DNA of 64,000 nt from Ostreococcus lucimarinus (lineage: Eukaryota), in assembly GCA_000092065.1 (NCBI GenBank), contig CP000596.1; one strand, written 5' to 3'. Under the pieces are notes generated by a model that made no database searches, was not told where the DNA came from, and was given only the letters and a program-made list of their open reading frames with translations. Below, piece by piece: positions 1-11,269 of this stretch. How positions within the stretch are numbered: position 1 is the stretch's first letter; each line of letters begins with the position of its first letter. The translations under genes were made by a program, and so were the position numbers.

Positions 1-204
1 ACTCTTGACTCGTGCATGACTGATATTGCCGCGTGCGAGATCAAGCAAGTTGGAGCCGACACCGACGAGCTGAACGCACTGTTTGTAAAACGCGATTCGT
101 TGAAAAGTCTCAACGACACTTTGCGCGACTGCAAGGCGTGCTTTGCTTTCTCGCTCAATACGTTGGACCAACGCTGGGAACAGTTTAAACCGATGCGCTT
201 GTGA
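1..204 (+). CDS. 3' end of a gene entering from the left; the frame is open from base 1 (TLDSCMTDIAACEIKQVGADTDELNALF...). Function unknown.
   Basis: No stop in frame between base 1 and the stop at 204. Ordinary, non-R-rich composition. No family recognised. Confidence 0.3.
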   Translation, partial: TLDSCMTDIAACEIKQVGADTDELNALFVKRDSLKSLNDTLRDCKACFAFSLNTLDQRWEQFKPMRL

Positions 205-322
205 ACTGTACTTTTCGTTGAGTCGCATTGTATTAATATCACCACTAATTTTCGTTGCGTGTACGAAAGATGATCGGTAGCTAGTTACAAGAAATCTATT
301 TCAAGCCATGAAGGTTATGAGG

Positions 323-1612
323 CTAAGCCATGAGACCCGCTAAAAACGCTTTGCGACGCGCTTCACACTCGCGCGGCGAAGGTCGATAGTACTTGAGCAT
401 ACCGTCCCAGGGTACGGCTTTCAAACCCGCGCGCTTGCATATCATTCCTCGCACACGCTCCGCAAACTCGATGCTTGTTTCATCCTCACGTTTTCTCTGT
501 GGCTCCATGTACCATACATCCGCGACGACGGCCCAAGAGCTCATGAGTGTGCACAAGTGCCTGGAAAAGCTCTGTCGCCGCGAGTTCCAAAACGCATCGA
601 CGAAAATGTTGTTGTACTTTATCGCCACCGGCACGACGTCCACGCCGAGATCAAACGCCCCTCGCTTGAACATCACGCAATATTTGTTGTTCACGCACGT
701 GCCCTCGGGGAAAATCAACAGCGGCAACCGCGACTTCTCCGCCACGTGCTGCTTGAGTCTCGTCGCCACTGTGTTGCGGTCTTTGATATCAGTGCGGTTG
801 AACTCGATGCAATCTATCGCATTCATCGCCGTTCTCTGTAACAGCCCCACCCATCCTTTATGCTTCTGCTGTATCACCGCGAACGGTGAGACTTGCGTCA
901 TCACTAAGTAATCGATCATCGACGTGTGGTTACTGACGTACACCATCCCTCCCATGTGTCCTCTTCGCGACGGTCTCGGCCCGTGATACTTGATCACTCC
1001 CGTCCACGAAACCACAAACGCCGCCGCATACAGCTCCACGCACTTTCTCTCGAATCCCCACCGTCTCGGTGTGCAGTAGTGCGAAAACATAAACGCCAAC
1101 GCGAACGCCGCGCTCGCGCTCAAAATGAACCCCAGTCGCAACGGAAACAAGACAAAGTGTCGAATCACCCATCCGCACCACCACAGCGGCAGCAGATAAA
1201 AGTTAAAATTCCAATTCGCCTCCGCGGACTCTTGAAAGCATCGATTGAAGCTGTCATCGATCATCGCCGCGCACGCGTCTTGCAATATGCCGGAGCAGTC
1301 CAACAACCTCGCGAGCGTCGCCGCGTCCTCGGGCGTCGACGTTCGCGACGCCGTCGCGCGTCTTTCCAGCTCGATTCCGGGCGTCACGCGCTGAACCTCT
1401 TCGCGCTCGAGCTCACCGTCGCCGAAGCTGTCGAACGGGGCGAAGGACAGCGAGCGCGCGCCCATGGATGGTCTCTTCGCCACCTCGGGCGTGGACGCGC
1501 GATCGCTCTCGCGCGCGTCGTCGTCGTCGCCGTCGACGCGCGGCATCGCTCGCGTCGACGCGTCGTCTCGAGACGCGTCGGTTTGCGCTCTGGGCGGACG
1601 CGCGTGCGACAT
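323..1612 (-). CDS. Lysophospholipid/glycerol-3-phosphate acyltransferase family protein (GPAT9/LPLAT-like).
   Basis: Reverse-strand ATG (plus cat at 1610-1612). Acyltransferase motif I NHTSMID (NHxxxxD) and motif III FPEGTC. The N-terminal ~130 aa are low-complexity and acidic. Confidence 0.6.
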   Translation of the reverse strand: MSHARPPRAQTDASRDDASTRAMPRVDGDDDDARESDRASTPEVAKRPSMGARSLSFAPFDSFGDGELEREEVQRVTPGIELERRATASRTSTPEDAATLARLLDCSGILQDACAAMIDDSFNRCFQESAEANWNFNFYLLPLWWCGWVIRHFVLFPLRLGFILSASAAFALAFMFSHYCTPRRWGFERKCVELYAAAFVVSWTGVIKYHGPRPSRRGHMGGMVYVSNHTSMIDYLVMTQVSPFAVIQQKHKGWVGLLQRTAMNAIDCIEFNRTDIKDRNTVATRLKQHVAEKSRLPLLIFPEGTCVNNKYCVMFKRGAFDLGVDVVPVAIKYNNIFVDAFWNSRRQSFSRHLCTLMSSWAVVADVWYMEPQRKREDETSIEFAERVRGMICKRAGLKAVPWDGMLKYYRPSPRECEARRKAFLAGLMA

Positions 1613-1750
1613 CGCGCGCGCGAGTGCGGACGACGGCGCGGGTCCCGCATCCTCCCCTCGAGCGCGCGGGGCGCGCCGGGCGCGGCGTCGAGCGTCGGTC
1701 GGTTTGATTTTAAAACTCGTGGCTATGACGTAGATTAGGTAAATACGACG

Positions 1751-3184
1751 TTACTTTTTACTCTCGCGCATCATTTGCACGAAATCCGCGAAGCAGCGAT
1801 CGGAATCGTGCGGACCCGGAGACGCCTCGGGGTGGTACTGAATCGTCATCGCGCGCTGCTCGGGCCAAACCATGCCGGCGCACGTGCCGTCGTTGAGGTT
1901 GACGTGGGAGACTTGAACGCCCGCGGGCAAGGACTTGGGGTCCACGGCGAAGTTGTGGTTCTGAGAAGAAATCTCAACCGCATCGTCGGGGCCGCGAACG
2001 GGGTGGTTACCGCCGTGGTGACCGAATTTGAGCTTAAACGTGGACCCGCCGAAGGCTTGGCCGAGGACTTGGTGGCCCATGCAAATGCCAAAGACGGGAA
2101 GCTTACCGAGGATTTGCTTGGCGTTCTCCACCGCGTACGGCACCGCGCTGGGATCGCCCGGACCGTTGGAGAACAAAATTCCATCCGGGTTCATCGCCAT
2201 CACCTTATCCGCCGGGTAAGACGCCGGAACGATGGTGAGCTTGCACCCGAAAGAAGCTAAGCGGCGCAAAATGTTGTGCTTGACGCCGAAGTCGTACACC
2301 ACGACGTTGAACGAATCCTTGTTCGCCTTGGCTTCGTTACTGAATTCCCACTCCGCTGTGGTTTCCTTCCACTCGTACGGTTCCTTGCACGTCACTTCGC
2401 TGATCAAATCCTTCCCGACGATATTATACGCCTTCGCCTTTGCGACGAGTTCGGCGTCGCTCAACGAGGCATCCGTCGTGAGCACGCCATTTAAGCAACC
2501 AGTTTCCCGCAATCGACGCGTGATCTCACGAGTATCGATATCGGTGATCCCAATCACCCCTTGTTCTTCCAAATACGTCCCCAAATCCTTCACGCTGCGG
2601 TAGTTCGACACGTTCAGCGACAAGTTTCTCACCAGCATCGCGCCCATGTGCACCTGCTTGCTCTCCATGTCGCCCTCGTTGATGCCGACGTTGCCGATGT
2701 GCGGGCACGTGAACAACACGAACTGCCCCGCGTACGACGGATCGGTGAGAATTTCCTGATACCTAAAATTTCATCAAACGCGCGATGCGTCGTCGGCGTC
2801 AGTCAGACGATCGATCGAAGTCCGCGAAGCGCGCGCGCGAGATTTCAAAAACCGTCGGCGATCCGCCCCTCGCCCGCGCGCGCTTCCGACTCAACCATCC
2901 CTCTCCGCGCCTCGCGCCCTCGCGACGCGCGCGAACGACGTGACGTACCCACTGAGCGAGGTGTTAAACACCACCTCACCGACCTGCGTCGCCTTGGCGC
3001 CGAACGACCGCCCGTTCCACACGCTCCCATCCTCCAAAACCAAGCGGCAGTCGCGCTCTTCCCACGGCTTTTTCGCCGTCGCGCTCGCGCGCGCGACCGC
3101 GGCGCGTCGCGCGGCGCTTCGACGCGTCGGGAGCGAGCGCGCGGGCGTCGCGCGCGTCAGCGGGGTGGGCTTCGAGCTCAGCAT
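1751..3184 (-). CDS. CARA: Carbamoyl-phosphate synthase small (glutamine amidotransferase) subunit, probably plastid-targeted. Two exons: 2949..3184 and 1751..2762, with an intron at 2763..2948.
   Basis: Exon 1 encodes a Ser/Arg/Ala-rich transit-like peptide and then [19 protein letters not shown]...[10 protein letters not shown]. The donor GG|GTACGT plus the acceptor ttttag|G restore [29 protein letters not shown]. The GATase active site GICMGHQ and the His in HNFAV are present. Reverse-strand ATG at 3182-3184. Confidence 0.8.
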
Positions 3185-3355
3185 CGCGTTCGCGCGGGCG
3201 CCGCGATGTGAAGCCCCAGCGCGAAGCCGCCATTCGAATCGCGCGTCCGCGCGTGTGTTTCATGGCTTACTTTGATCGCTCAATGCGCTGTTTTCGCGCA
3301 CGAGTCTGTCATAAATATGTAAATTCGGACATTAGGGTATGTGAGATTATGTGAG

Positions 3356-4642
3356 ATGATGAAAAAGATCGATCTGGGGACGCCACCTCGTCGCGCGCGC
3401 CGCCTCAAATCATCGCGCGCCATGCTCGCGCCGTCCAGCGCCGCGGCGCGAACGACGCCGCGCGCGCGCTCGACGACGCACTCGGTGACGCGCTCGAACC
3501 AGCTCCGAATCGCGACCGGCCGAAAAGCGCGCGCGACGACGGTTCGAGCGACGTTTTTCGATCGATTGAAGAAATCCACCGACGACGACGTCGACGCGGA
3601 GGGCGAGGCGGGGGACGGCGAAGACGAGGGCGAGGGCGGAGAGGCGAGGAAAATGATCGAGCGACGCGCGTCGGGGGCGAGCTTGGACATCGACGACGCG
3701 ATGGCGAGCTTTAACGAGTTTGGGTCTGGGATGTTGGATAAGATCAACGCGATGGTGTCGCAGACGGTGGACTTGGACGTCGTGGAGGTCGTGGAAGAGG
3801 ACGTGTACGAACGACCGAAGCCGAAGTTTAAGGCGCCAGCGTTTGGAGGACGAAAGGAGCCCGTGGAGGCGCCGAAGGAGAAGAAGGAGCGCGCGGGAAG
3901 GGCGCCGTCGTTTGGTTTCGGCGGGCGCGTGAGTCGAAGCGTCGACGAGGAAAAGGTGGAGGAAGAGCCGAAGCCGAAGTCGAGTGGGTTCGGGGCGATT
4001 CTAGAGCGGAGTGCGAGACGGCTGGATAAGACGAGGGAGATTTTAGACGAGGACGTGAAGAGGGGGGAGGCGGCGAGGATGAAGTTGCGCGCGGGACGGG
4101 AAGGCGGTAAAGCCGTCGCGGCCATCGCCGGGGACAGCCGTTTGGCTGCGGATGGCACGTGGACGCTCACGTCGGTCGTGGAAGAAGGTACAAATGGTAA
4201 GAAATTACCTTCGTTGAAGATCAAGCGCGGCGAGTCGAAAATTATCGGTCGTGCGAAGGGGCCTGGGGTGGACTTGGTCGTCCCGCTGCCGTGCGTCAGC
4301 ACTGTGCACTGCGAACTCGAGACCGAGGGCAACAAGCTTTACATCACCGATCTCGGCTCGACGAACGGCACCTACGTAGAAGGTTTCGAGGTTAAGCAGA
4401 ACAGGCGATTCCGTATCTTCAACGGCGCCCAAGTGCGACTCGGCGCCGAAAACTTCAACGGCGAGCCGTACGCCACGTTCAAGGCTTCGTTGTCGGGCGC
4501 CAAGGAGTTAGAGAAAGATTCCGAGTACGGTCAGTTGAACTACTTTATTGAGTTCTTGGGCGGTCCCCAAGTCGTGGTCAACTTCTTGTTCATCAACTTT
4601 GCCTTCCAAATGACCTTCTTCTTCATCATCACTTCGCAATAG
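3356..4642 (+). CDS. FHA domain-containing protein.
   Basis: C-terminal FHA signature GESKIIGRAKGPGVDLVVPL...HCELE...LYITDLGSTNGTYVEG. The first ATG is at 3356; the track ORF starts at a GTG at 3341. The N-terminal half is an acidic/basic low-complexity region. Confidence 0.55.
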   Translation: MMKKIDLGTPPRRARRLKSSRAMLAPSSAAARTTPRARSTTHSVTRSNQLRIATGRKARATTVRATFFDRLKKSTDDDVDAEGEAGDGEDEGEGGEARKMIERRASGASLDIDDAMASFNEFGSGMLDKINAMVSQTVDLDVVEVVEEDVYERPKPKFKAPAFGGRKEPVEAPKEKKERAGRAPSFGFGGRVSRSVDEEKVEEEPKPKSSGFGAILERSARRLDKTREILDEDVKRGEAARMKLRAGREGGKAVAAIAGDSRLAADGTWTLTSVVEEGTNGKKLPSLKIKRGESKIIGRAKGPGVDLVVPLPCVSTVHCELETEGNKLYITDLGSTNGTYVEGFEVKQNRRFRIFNGAQVRLGAENFNGEPYATFKASLSGAKELEKDSEYGQLNYFIEFLGGPQVVVNFLFINFAFQMTFFFIITSQ

Positions 4643-5016
4643 CGGGAGTCGAGCAGAGGCGTGTAAGCTAAAATCCCTTTCAACAATATCGTGCGAATAG
4701 AATAACAACTAAATCTAACAAAGAATGCTTCGCGAGACGTGGACGGACGCCGCGGCGGTCGCGCCGCGCCTCATCGCGCCTTGTTCAACGAGACGGCATC
4801 GGCTAAAAAGAAACCTGTCCCGAACACGAAACTCACCGAGCCGAGCATGTAGAAGACGCATCCGAGGAGATAATTGGACATGATTGACGATTTTACCCGC
4901 GGCGCGTCCTCGGTCGTCCCCTTCGCGGGGTGGACCGCGATTACGACCTCCGAAATCGTCACCGTGGCGCGCGAGAGTGTGGCGCGGCGGTTGGGCCGGC
5001 GGAATATTTTACAATT

Positions 5017-6738
5017 TTACACCACTTCTAAAGCTTGCTTGCCCCTTGCGCGCGACTGCTTGTCGATCATTTGGACGCTAGTTGATAATATTTCCTGCGC
5101 ACGCCTCTTTCTCACGTCGTTTCGTCGCTTGATTTGGCGATTCTCGACGGCGATGTACAGCGCTCGTGACGTCGGCACGAGGAAGAAAATGCCCGCGTAC
5201 ACGAGCAAGAGCGGCATGAGGAGTTTGAGCAGTTTGGGGAACAGCTCGAGGATAAGAATCACCAACGGTGGTTCGCCGTAGTCATCGATCGGGACGGTGC
5301 TCGTCGTCGGCGCGGCGTCACGGAATCTTCCCGCACGACGTCCCATCGTTTGTTCGGCTCTTCGTGGAAGTTGACTTTGGCGTGGAGGCTTGAAGTCCAT
5401 ACCACCGGCGGCACGGAAGATGAAAATAAGTGCTACGTTCAAAAATCCCAGGGCGACAACAAGCGGCATCTTCGCACCGCTCTCCCACAGAGGTCGGACT
5501 CGCTCGTAAATTGGCGGCGGCGTCGGAGCCTGAACGCTGCGCGACGGCATCAGTCGCGACGAAGAGGGTTCGACCGCGCGAGCGGTCACTTGCAAAGATG
5601 GGAACACGTATATGAGCTCTCCAGCATCCGAAGCTTCGGCAAATCCACCGAAACGCGTCAAGACCTCGAGCATGTAGCCCTCGTGCATCCTTCGAACGTC
5701 TCGCTCGGCATCCGCCTTCCTTCTGAAAAGTCGTCGCGCGTGCGCGACAAGGTCGAAAACCACGGCAAATAACCCGTTTCGAACTTCGCTATGATCCTCT
5801 TTCGTGAGGAGATACGTGTCTAAAAACGGCGCCACTTGCTCGGCGAACACGCAGCCTTTGTTCACTCGCAAAAGCGCCCCGACAGCGCGCCATCGCCTGG
5901 TTTCCAAATTATCGTTCGGATCACCTCTTCCGAAAACAAACGCGAATATGCTTTCAAAAAATGACAACTCACGATCGCGGTCGAGCCAATCGTCTTCTTC
6001 CTCTTCTTCATCGCCATCAACGCCGTCGCCGCCTCTTCGCGGGCCGACGTTTGTCGGTGGCGGCGCGTTCGCTCGCCCTGCGGGATCCCCACTTCCTCCA
6101 TCGTCACCGCCACCGCCACCGCCACCGTGTCCGCTGCCGCCAACGCGCGGTTTACTCACTGGAACGCCCTCCGCGACGCCATGCGCGCGATCAAACGCGC
6201 GCGCTCGTTCGAATCGCATAACGTCGTTCCAATACGCTAGTTCAATCAAATCGCGCATCCACAGATAGTACCAGAAATCCGCGTTCACCCCTCGTCCGTG
6301 CCCGACGTACGTGGGTAACACCGGCGTCGACCCTCCACCTCCTCCTCGTCCCTGGTGGCCTCGAGAAAGCGCGATGACGACCAACGCGATGACTGCGAGC
6401 GCCGTCAACGCCGCCGAGACGACGAGGAAAGACCCAAACGCGGCCCTCACCGCGCGCATCGTCGTTCGCCACGCCGCCCGACGCGCTCGGCGCGCGCGTT
6501 CGCTCACATCACGGGCTAAGATGGCCGCGCGCACGCGCACGGGGACTACGTAGATGACTTCTCGGGTTTCTTCGTCGACATCGAGATGACCACCGCTCAG
6601 ATGGACGGCAAAGATGACGCGTTGGCGCAGAGCGTCCGCGGAATCATCCAGCGCGGGGCCTTCGGAGAGGAGTAAGTCACCGAGCGTAAACCGCGGGCCG
6701 ACTCTTTCGAGCGCGAGATGGAGCTCGCGGTCGCTCAT
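5017..6738 (-). CDS. Hypothetical membrane protein with Gly-rich tracts.
   Basis: 573-aa ORF with a reverse-strand ATG at 6736-6738. Predicted TM segments near the N-terminus and the C-terminus (LLKLLMPLLLVYAGIFFLV). Poly-Gly runs. No domain recognised. Confidence 0.4.
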   Translation of the reverse strand: MSDRELHLALERVGPRFTLGDLLLSEGPALDDSADALRQRVIFAVHLSGGHLDVDEETREVIYVVPVRVRAAILARDVSERARRARRAAWRTTMRAVRAAFGSFLVVSAALTALAVIALVVIALSRGHQGRGGGGGSTPVLPTYVGHGRGVNADFWYYLWMRDLIELAYWNDVMRFERARAFDRAHGVAEGVPVSKPRVGGSGHGGGGGGGDDGGSGDPAGRANAPPPTNVGPRRGGDGVDGDEEEEEDDWLDRDRELSFFESIFAFVFGRGDPNDNLETRRWRAVGALLRVNKGCVFAEQVAPFLDTYLLTKEDHSEVRNGLFAVVFDLVAHARRLFRRKADAERDVRRMHEGYMLEVLTRFGGFAEASDAGELIYVFPSLQVTARAVEPSSSRLMPSRSVQAPTPPPIYERVRPLWESGAKMPLVVALGFLNVALIFIFRAAGGMDFKPPRQSQLPRRAEQTMGRRAGRFRDAAPTTSTVPIDDYGEPPLVILILELFPKLLKLLMPLLLVYAGIFFLVPTSRALYIAVENRQIKRRNDVRKRRAQEILSTSVQMIDKQSRARGKQALEVV

Positions 6739-6792
6739 GGCTCGGAGTGCGGATTAGCGGCGCTCGCGACGAGCTATTTGTTGAATACAAAG

Positions 6793-8352
6793 CTAAATGC
6801 GAACAACGTAGGACGAACTCTTGGTCATGTAACGAATCCATCTGTGTGGATTTCGCGGTGGGTCATCGCGATGACGAGGCTCGTTGGAAGAGCCGACGAC
6901 TTGGAGGTAGCGCACGGCGAGGTCGCTCGCGCTAAAGGTTGGAATCTGAAACGTCAACGATAGCGGACCAATCTCTCGACGAACGTTTGGAATGCGCTCG
7001 GATTGCAGCGAGATTTGTACAGAACACTCGTGATCGGAACCGCCGGGTAGTTTTTTGAACTGCCAGACGATTTGCTTTTCGGCGGCGTCGTACATGACGT
7101 GCTGCGTGCTTGCCGTGACGTGCTTTGGCAATCGAGCAGTGGCGCCAATCGCACCTTTGGGGATTGGCAAGGTTACGATACACCCCGTACACGTGTGTTT
7201 TGCGTTAAAGTCAGCGTAGAGCTTGAGCTCGATGCCCACTTTGTACGGTACGCTCTCGTCGATGATCGGTACGATTCTAAATGGAGGCTTGAAGTCGTCG
7301 GCGCTTCGATAGTGCATCAACGAAAACTCCCCTTGTGGCGGTCGTAAACTTATCGTACGATCGATGTCGAACTGATCCAAGTTTGCCGTCTCGTGGAAGT
7401 TGCAATCATCGAGGATGACGCCTGTATACGCGCCACCCGCGCTCGCACCTTTCCCGCCAATGGTCAAGTCTTCCGACAGCGCCAGCTTCACCTTTGTGTC
7501 CTCACCTTGCAAAAAGTTCCGTACTTGAATGTGCCCATTGATCTCAGACGTTACTACATCTCCATTCGCGTTGAACGTCACGTTCACTTTCTCGATGATG
7601 TCCACGAAAATCTCATCCCGAGTCGTCGCGCTCGACGCGCTCACCACGCTCTTTTGCGTCGCGCTGCTAGAAACTCTATTCACCCCACTCGCCACCGACG
7701 CCGCGTTCATTAAATTAATCGCCGCCTTGGTCGGAAAGTTGACTCTCATCCCCAGATTATTTTTAAACATCGTCTCAACCTTCTGTCCCGCCTTGAGCGC
7801 CCCCGCCGCGATTTTCGTCGAATCCGCCTTTGCGCTCACCAGCATCCCCGCCAACCCCCCTCCGATTTCCACCGGTTCGTTACATACCCTCTCGCGAAGC
7901 ATCTCCGTCGACGTCGTTTGTGCGTATCCATAATCCATCGCCTCATCGATCACCTCGTACACCAACGTCGCGTTTTTCCTCACCGCGTCCTCCGTCAGCG
8001 CGCCGCAATAATCCTTCACCAATCTCGCCAACCGATGCAAAAGTTCTAATATCACGCTCCCGCTCGCGTTTCGCGTCGTCGTCGCGACAAAGTACAGCCC
8101 ACTCGCCTTGACGTGCGCGTAATTCACCCCATCCTCGCGAAAAACCGCCGGCGCGCCGCTATATTCCCGAGAATGTTCGCCCATCGCCGATTCCTCCGCA
8201 TCCTCTTCGCCGTCCTCACGCCGCCGCGAGCGCGCCCACGCGCGCACGGTTCGATAAAACGTCTCGTGCGTGCGTCGAGGCAAGTCCCTGCGGAAGTCTT
8301 TCGTCACCAGCGCGTCCCCGCGCGGGCTCAGGATGAAGAATTGCGACAGCAT
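6793..8352 (-). CDS. AP4M: AP-4 adaptor complex mu subunit.
   Basis: MLSQFFILSPRGDALVTKDFRRD is a longin-like N-terminus. ATLVYEVIDEAMDYGYAQTTSTEMLRE and the C-terminal PHRWIRYMTKSSSYVVRI closely match animal AP4M1. The track ORF extends 146 R-rich codons further upstream to 8790; I re-anchored to the ATG at 8350-8352. Confidence 0.75.
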   Translation of the reverse strand: MLSQFFILSPRGDALVTKDFRRDLPRRTHETFYRTVRAWARSRRREDGEEDAEESAMGEHSREYSGAPAVFREDGVNYAHVKASGLYFVATTTRNASGSVILELLHRLARLVKDYCGALTEDAVRKNATLVYEVIDEAMDYGYAQTTSTEMLRERVCNEPVEIGGGLAGMLVSAKADSTKIAAGALKAGQKVETMFKNNLGMRVNFPTKAAINLMNAASVASGVNRVSSSATQKSVVSASSATTRDEIFVDIIEKVNVTFNANGDVVTSEINGHIQVRNFLQGEDTKVKLALSEDLTIGGKGASAGGAYTGVILDDCNFHETANLDQFDIDRTISLRPPQGEFSLMHYRSADDFKPPFRIVPIIDESVPYKVGIELKLYADFNAKHTCTGCIVTLPIPKGAIGATARLPKHVTASTQHVMYDAAEKQIVWQFKKLPGGSDHECSVQISLQSERIPNVRREIGPLSLTFQIPTFSASDLAVRYLQVVGSSNEPRHRDDPPRNPHRWIRYMTKSSSYVVRI

Positions 8353-8771
8353 GACGGTCGCGTCGCGTTGTGTCGCGTTTACGCGCGCGTCACAGACGCG
8401 CGCGCCGCGTCCACGCGCGCCTCGCGACGCCGCGCGTCGCGCGAGACGATCTTCATGTCCGCCGCGCGCTCGGAGGCGCCGACGTCGACGCGCGCGACGA
8501 CGAACGCGACGACGACGGTTCAAGATGCGAACGACGGCGTGAGCGCGGCGTTCGCGCTGACGCTGAGCGTCGTCAGCAGCGTGTCGCTCGTGATCGTGAA
8601 CAAACACTTGATCAGCATTCTCGGGTTCAGAGAGGGTGCGTCGCGCGCGACGCGCGAGGGCGCGCGCGAGGCCGGAGGGCGTCCGCTCGCGTCCGGACGC
8701 GTTTCCGGAGTTTTGGATTTTTGGAAATTTCGCGAGACGCGGGGCGACTGACGACGGAGAAACGCGGCGCG

Positions 8772-9629
8772 ATGGCGATCGCAGTGACATTTTTGACGGC
8801 GATGCACATGGTGCTCACGGCGTTGGTGCTTCGCGCGGCGGCGAGGATGGGGTACTTTGAAAAGAAGTCGGTGGGGAGGGCGGAGGTGGTGAAGTTTGGC
8901 GTGTTGAACAGCGCGTCGATCGCGCTGTTGAACTTATCGCTAGGATTTAATTCGGTGGGGTTTTATCAGATGACGAAACTGAGCATCATTCCCGTCACCG
9001 TGGGGTTACAGATAACGTATTTTAACAAGAAATTCAGCGCTGGGGTGAAGATGAGTTTGTTGGTGCTGCTCCTCGGCGTCGGGGCGTCGACGGTGACGGA
9101 TGTGCAGCTCAACGCGACGGGGAGCGTCGTCGGGGGGTTATCCGTGGTCACCACGGCGTTAGGACAGATATTGACCGGATCGATGCAACAAAAGCATCAA
9201 ATCAGCTCAACGCAGCTGCTATGCGCGTCGGCACCGTGGATGGCGATGACGCTCATGATCCTAGCCCCGCCCGTGGACGGCGTCCTGAACGGAGGTAACA
9301 TCCTCGAGTCGAGGTACTCCAACGAGGTCCTCATCGTCGCCTTCATCTCGTGCGGTCTCGCCATCGCGGTAAATTTCGCCACTTTCGCCGTCATCGGCAA
9401 GTGCTCCGCCGTCACCTACCAAGTCGTCGGTCATTTGAAAACCATGCTCATCCTCGGTTTCGGTTTCGCCGTCGTCGGCGACCCAATCGTCGCCAAGAAC
9501 GTCTTCGGTTTGCTCGTCGCTCTTTGCGGCATGTTCCTCTACGCTCGCGCCGAGATGCGCGATCGCGCCGTCGCCACCGCCGCGCCTCGTCGCGCTTCGG
9601 CGGACGAGGAATCAGCCGCTGGAAAGTAG
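8772..9629 (+). CDS. Nucleotide-sugar transporter of the TPT/DMT family.
   Basis: First ATG is MAIAVTFLTAMH. Multi-TM protein with the KT/TPT-family signature ...YQMTKLSIIP...TYQVVGHLKT.... The upstream part of the track ORF (from a GTG at 8370) is antisense to the AP4M leader. Confidence 0.65.
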   Translation: MAIAVTFLTAMHMVLTALVLRAAARMGYFEKKSVGRAEVVKFGVLNSASIALLNLSLGFNSVGFYQMTKLSIIPVTVGLQITYFNKKFSAGVKMSLLVLLLGVGASTVTDVQLNATGSVVGGLSVVTTALGQILTGSMQQKHQISSTQLLCASAPWMAMTLMILAPPVDGVLNGGNILESRYSNEVLIVAFISCGLAIAVNFATFAVIGKCSAVTYQVVGHLKTMLILGFGFAVVGDPIVAKNVFGLLVALCGMFLYARAEMRDRAVATAAPRRASADEESAAGK

Positions 9630-9816
9630 TCGTGCAATCCGATTCGCGTCCTTCGCCTCGCGAAACCCCGGCGCCGCGACGGGGCCTGCAAAACCTCAAG
9701 CCCGTCGCCCCATCGCTCGTCCCGCACACGCGCGCGCGCGACGCCCGCGACGCCCGCTGCGCTCGCGCGAGATGCCTCCGGGTGATCTCAGTCGCATGGA
9801 CCCGCGCCAGGTGCGA

Positions 9817-9817
9817 A

Positions 9818-9846
<29 letters not shown>
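9817..9846. repeat. (GACGC)n pentanucleotide microsatellite, about 5-6 units, in intergenic DNA.
   Basis: gacgcgacgcgacgcgacgcgacgc is seen directly in the sequence. Confidence 0.7.
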
Positions 9847-9851
<5 letters not shown>

Positions 9852-10102
9852 TCGCGCGTCGTCGCGACGCCCCAGGGCTCGAGCGCCGCGACGCGCGATG
9901 AAAACGCGCGCGACGACGCGCGGACGCGCGCGAAGGGCGATCGGCGACGAAGACGCGAACGATAACGTCAATAGACGCGCGACGCGCGCGCGAACGGACG
10001 AGAGCGGCGAAGAGGGACGCGCGAGACGCGACGGGAAGGCGCGCGAGGACTGACCCGAGCGGGACGCGCGCGCGACGGACGAAACAGGTGCCGGCGCTGG
10101 TG

Positions 10103-10906
10103 ATGCGAAGCGTGGAGAACGCGCGGACGGCGTTAGACGATGGAAAGGTAGACACGGCGATAAAAATGATGAAGAGCACGGACGCGCTGTGCTCGAGGGT
10201 GGTGGCGCCGCCGACGGTGCACGGGATAGCGTTGAGGGTGCTCGCGGACGCGTACATGGAGAAGGCGGCGGGACGGACGGAGAGCGGGACGGTAGAGGCG
10301 AGCGAGAGCGGAGAGGACGCGGCGAAAGATAATGGTAAAGAAGAGGCGGAAGAGGAGTCTGATTACGTTGATTGCGCGAAGAGGACGCTGAAGAAGGCGC
10401 TCGATATTTGCAAGGTGCACGACGGGAAAGCCGGGATGCCTCGGTTTATGGTGCAGGATTTAGCCGGTCGCATGGGAGATCTCTACGCAGCGCAAGGGGA
10501 AATTTTTAGACAAGAAGGGAACTATAAAGAAGCGCTTCGCTCGCTTCGCCTGGGCATAGGAAAGTTTGAAGTGCTCGGGGCGAACGAGTTTGTCGGCGCC
10601 ACCTACAATCGCGTCGCGTACTGCTACATGGAGAAAGAGCAGTGGAAAGAGGCTCTGGAAGAGCTTCAAAACGCCGAGCGAATCGTGAACGGGGTCGAGG
10701 CCGAGTCCGCCATCTTGAGCACGACTTTCGCCTACCGAGGCGAGTGCTTAAAGAGACTCGATAAAATCCAACTCGCCCGCGCGGCGTTCGAAAGCGCTCT
10801 GAAATTCGGCATGGCGAGCGGTAACGAGGGCGTCGTCCGCGAGGCCGAAGAATTTCTAGCCCAAACCCAACAGCACAGCACCGTTGACGACTCTGCTTTC
10901 CTTTAA
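10103..10906 (+). CDS. TPR-like helical repeat protein, function unknown.
   Basis: 268-aa ORF starting at the first ATG (the track starts at a GTG at 10088). Amphipathic helical repeats with A/L/Y/G periodicity reminiscent of TPR (YNRVAYCYMEKEQWKEALEELQNAERI). Confidence 0.35.
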   Translation: MRSVENARTALDDGKVDTAIKMMKSTDALCSRVVAPPTVHGIALRVLADAYMEKAAGRTESGTVEASESGEDAAKDNGKEEAEEESDYVDCAKRTLKKALDICKVHDGKAGMPRFMVQDLAGRMGDLYAAQGEIFRQEGNYKEALRSLRLGIGKFEVLGANEFVGATYNRVAYCYMEKEQWKEALEELQNAERIVNGVEAESAILSTTFAYRGECLKRLDKIQLARAAFESALKFGMASGNEGVVREAEEFLAQTQQHSTVDDSAFL

Positions 10907-11269
10907 CGGACGGCTGGGTGATTTTTCGGCGATTAGACGTCTCCGCCGCGTCTCGGCTCATGAGCGCGTCCCGAGCGTCCAAACCTCTTCTCACTCTTCG
11001 CCGCGCGACACTTGAAATTGACATAGCAGCGCAACATTCACTCGCGCCGCCGCTCGCGCGCCCCCCCGTCGCGCTTTCGCGGCGCCGTCGACGCCAGTCC
11101 TCGACGCTCGACGCTTCGTTCCCCACTTCCCCACCGCGCACTGTTTACCCATACGACATCGCGCCCTCGAAAATCTCGACGCCGACGCGAAAAAGCGCGC
11201 GATTGATTGCATCCACGTCAGCACACGCCGGCGCGCGCGCCGCGGAGCGCCTCTCGACGCGCGCTCGAC

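Noticed and set aside
4643-5016. Small ORFs (4771..4962 minus, 4874..5281 plus) between the FHA gene and the 5017..6738 gene.
   Set aside because: Short, no motifs, and overlapping each other. Most likely UTR/intergenic sequence.
8370-8771. Upstream 134 codons of the transporter ORF, and 6793..8790 extension of AP4M beyond its ATG.
   Set aside because: Both extensions are GTG-initiated, R-rich and mutually antisense. The conserved protein N-termini (MAIAVTF... and MLSQFFILSP...) start at internal ATGs.
11207-11269. TTG-initiated 21-codon extension of the HKR ORF.
   Set aside because: Non-ATG start. The first ATG at 11270 leaves all rhodopsin helices intact. The extension cannot be excluded but is unsupported.
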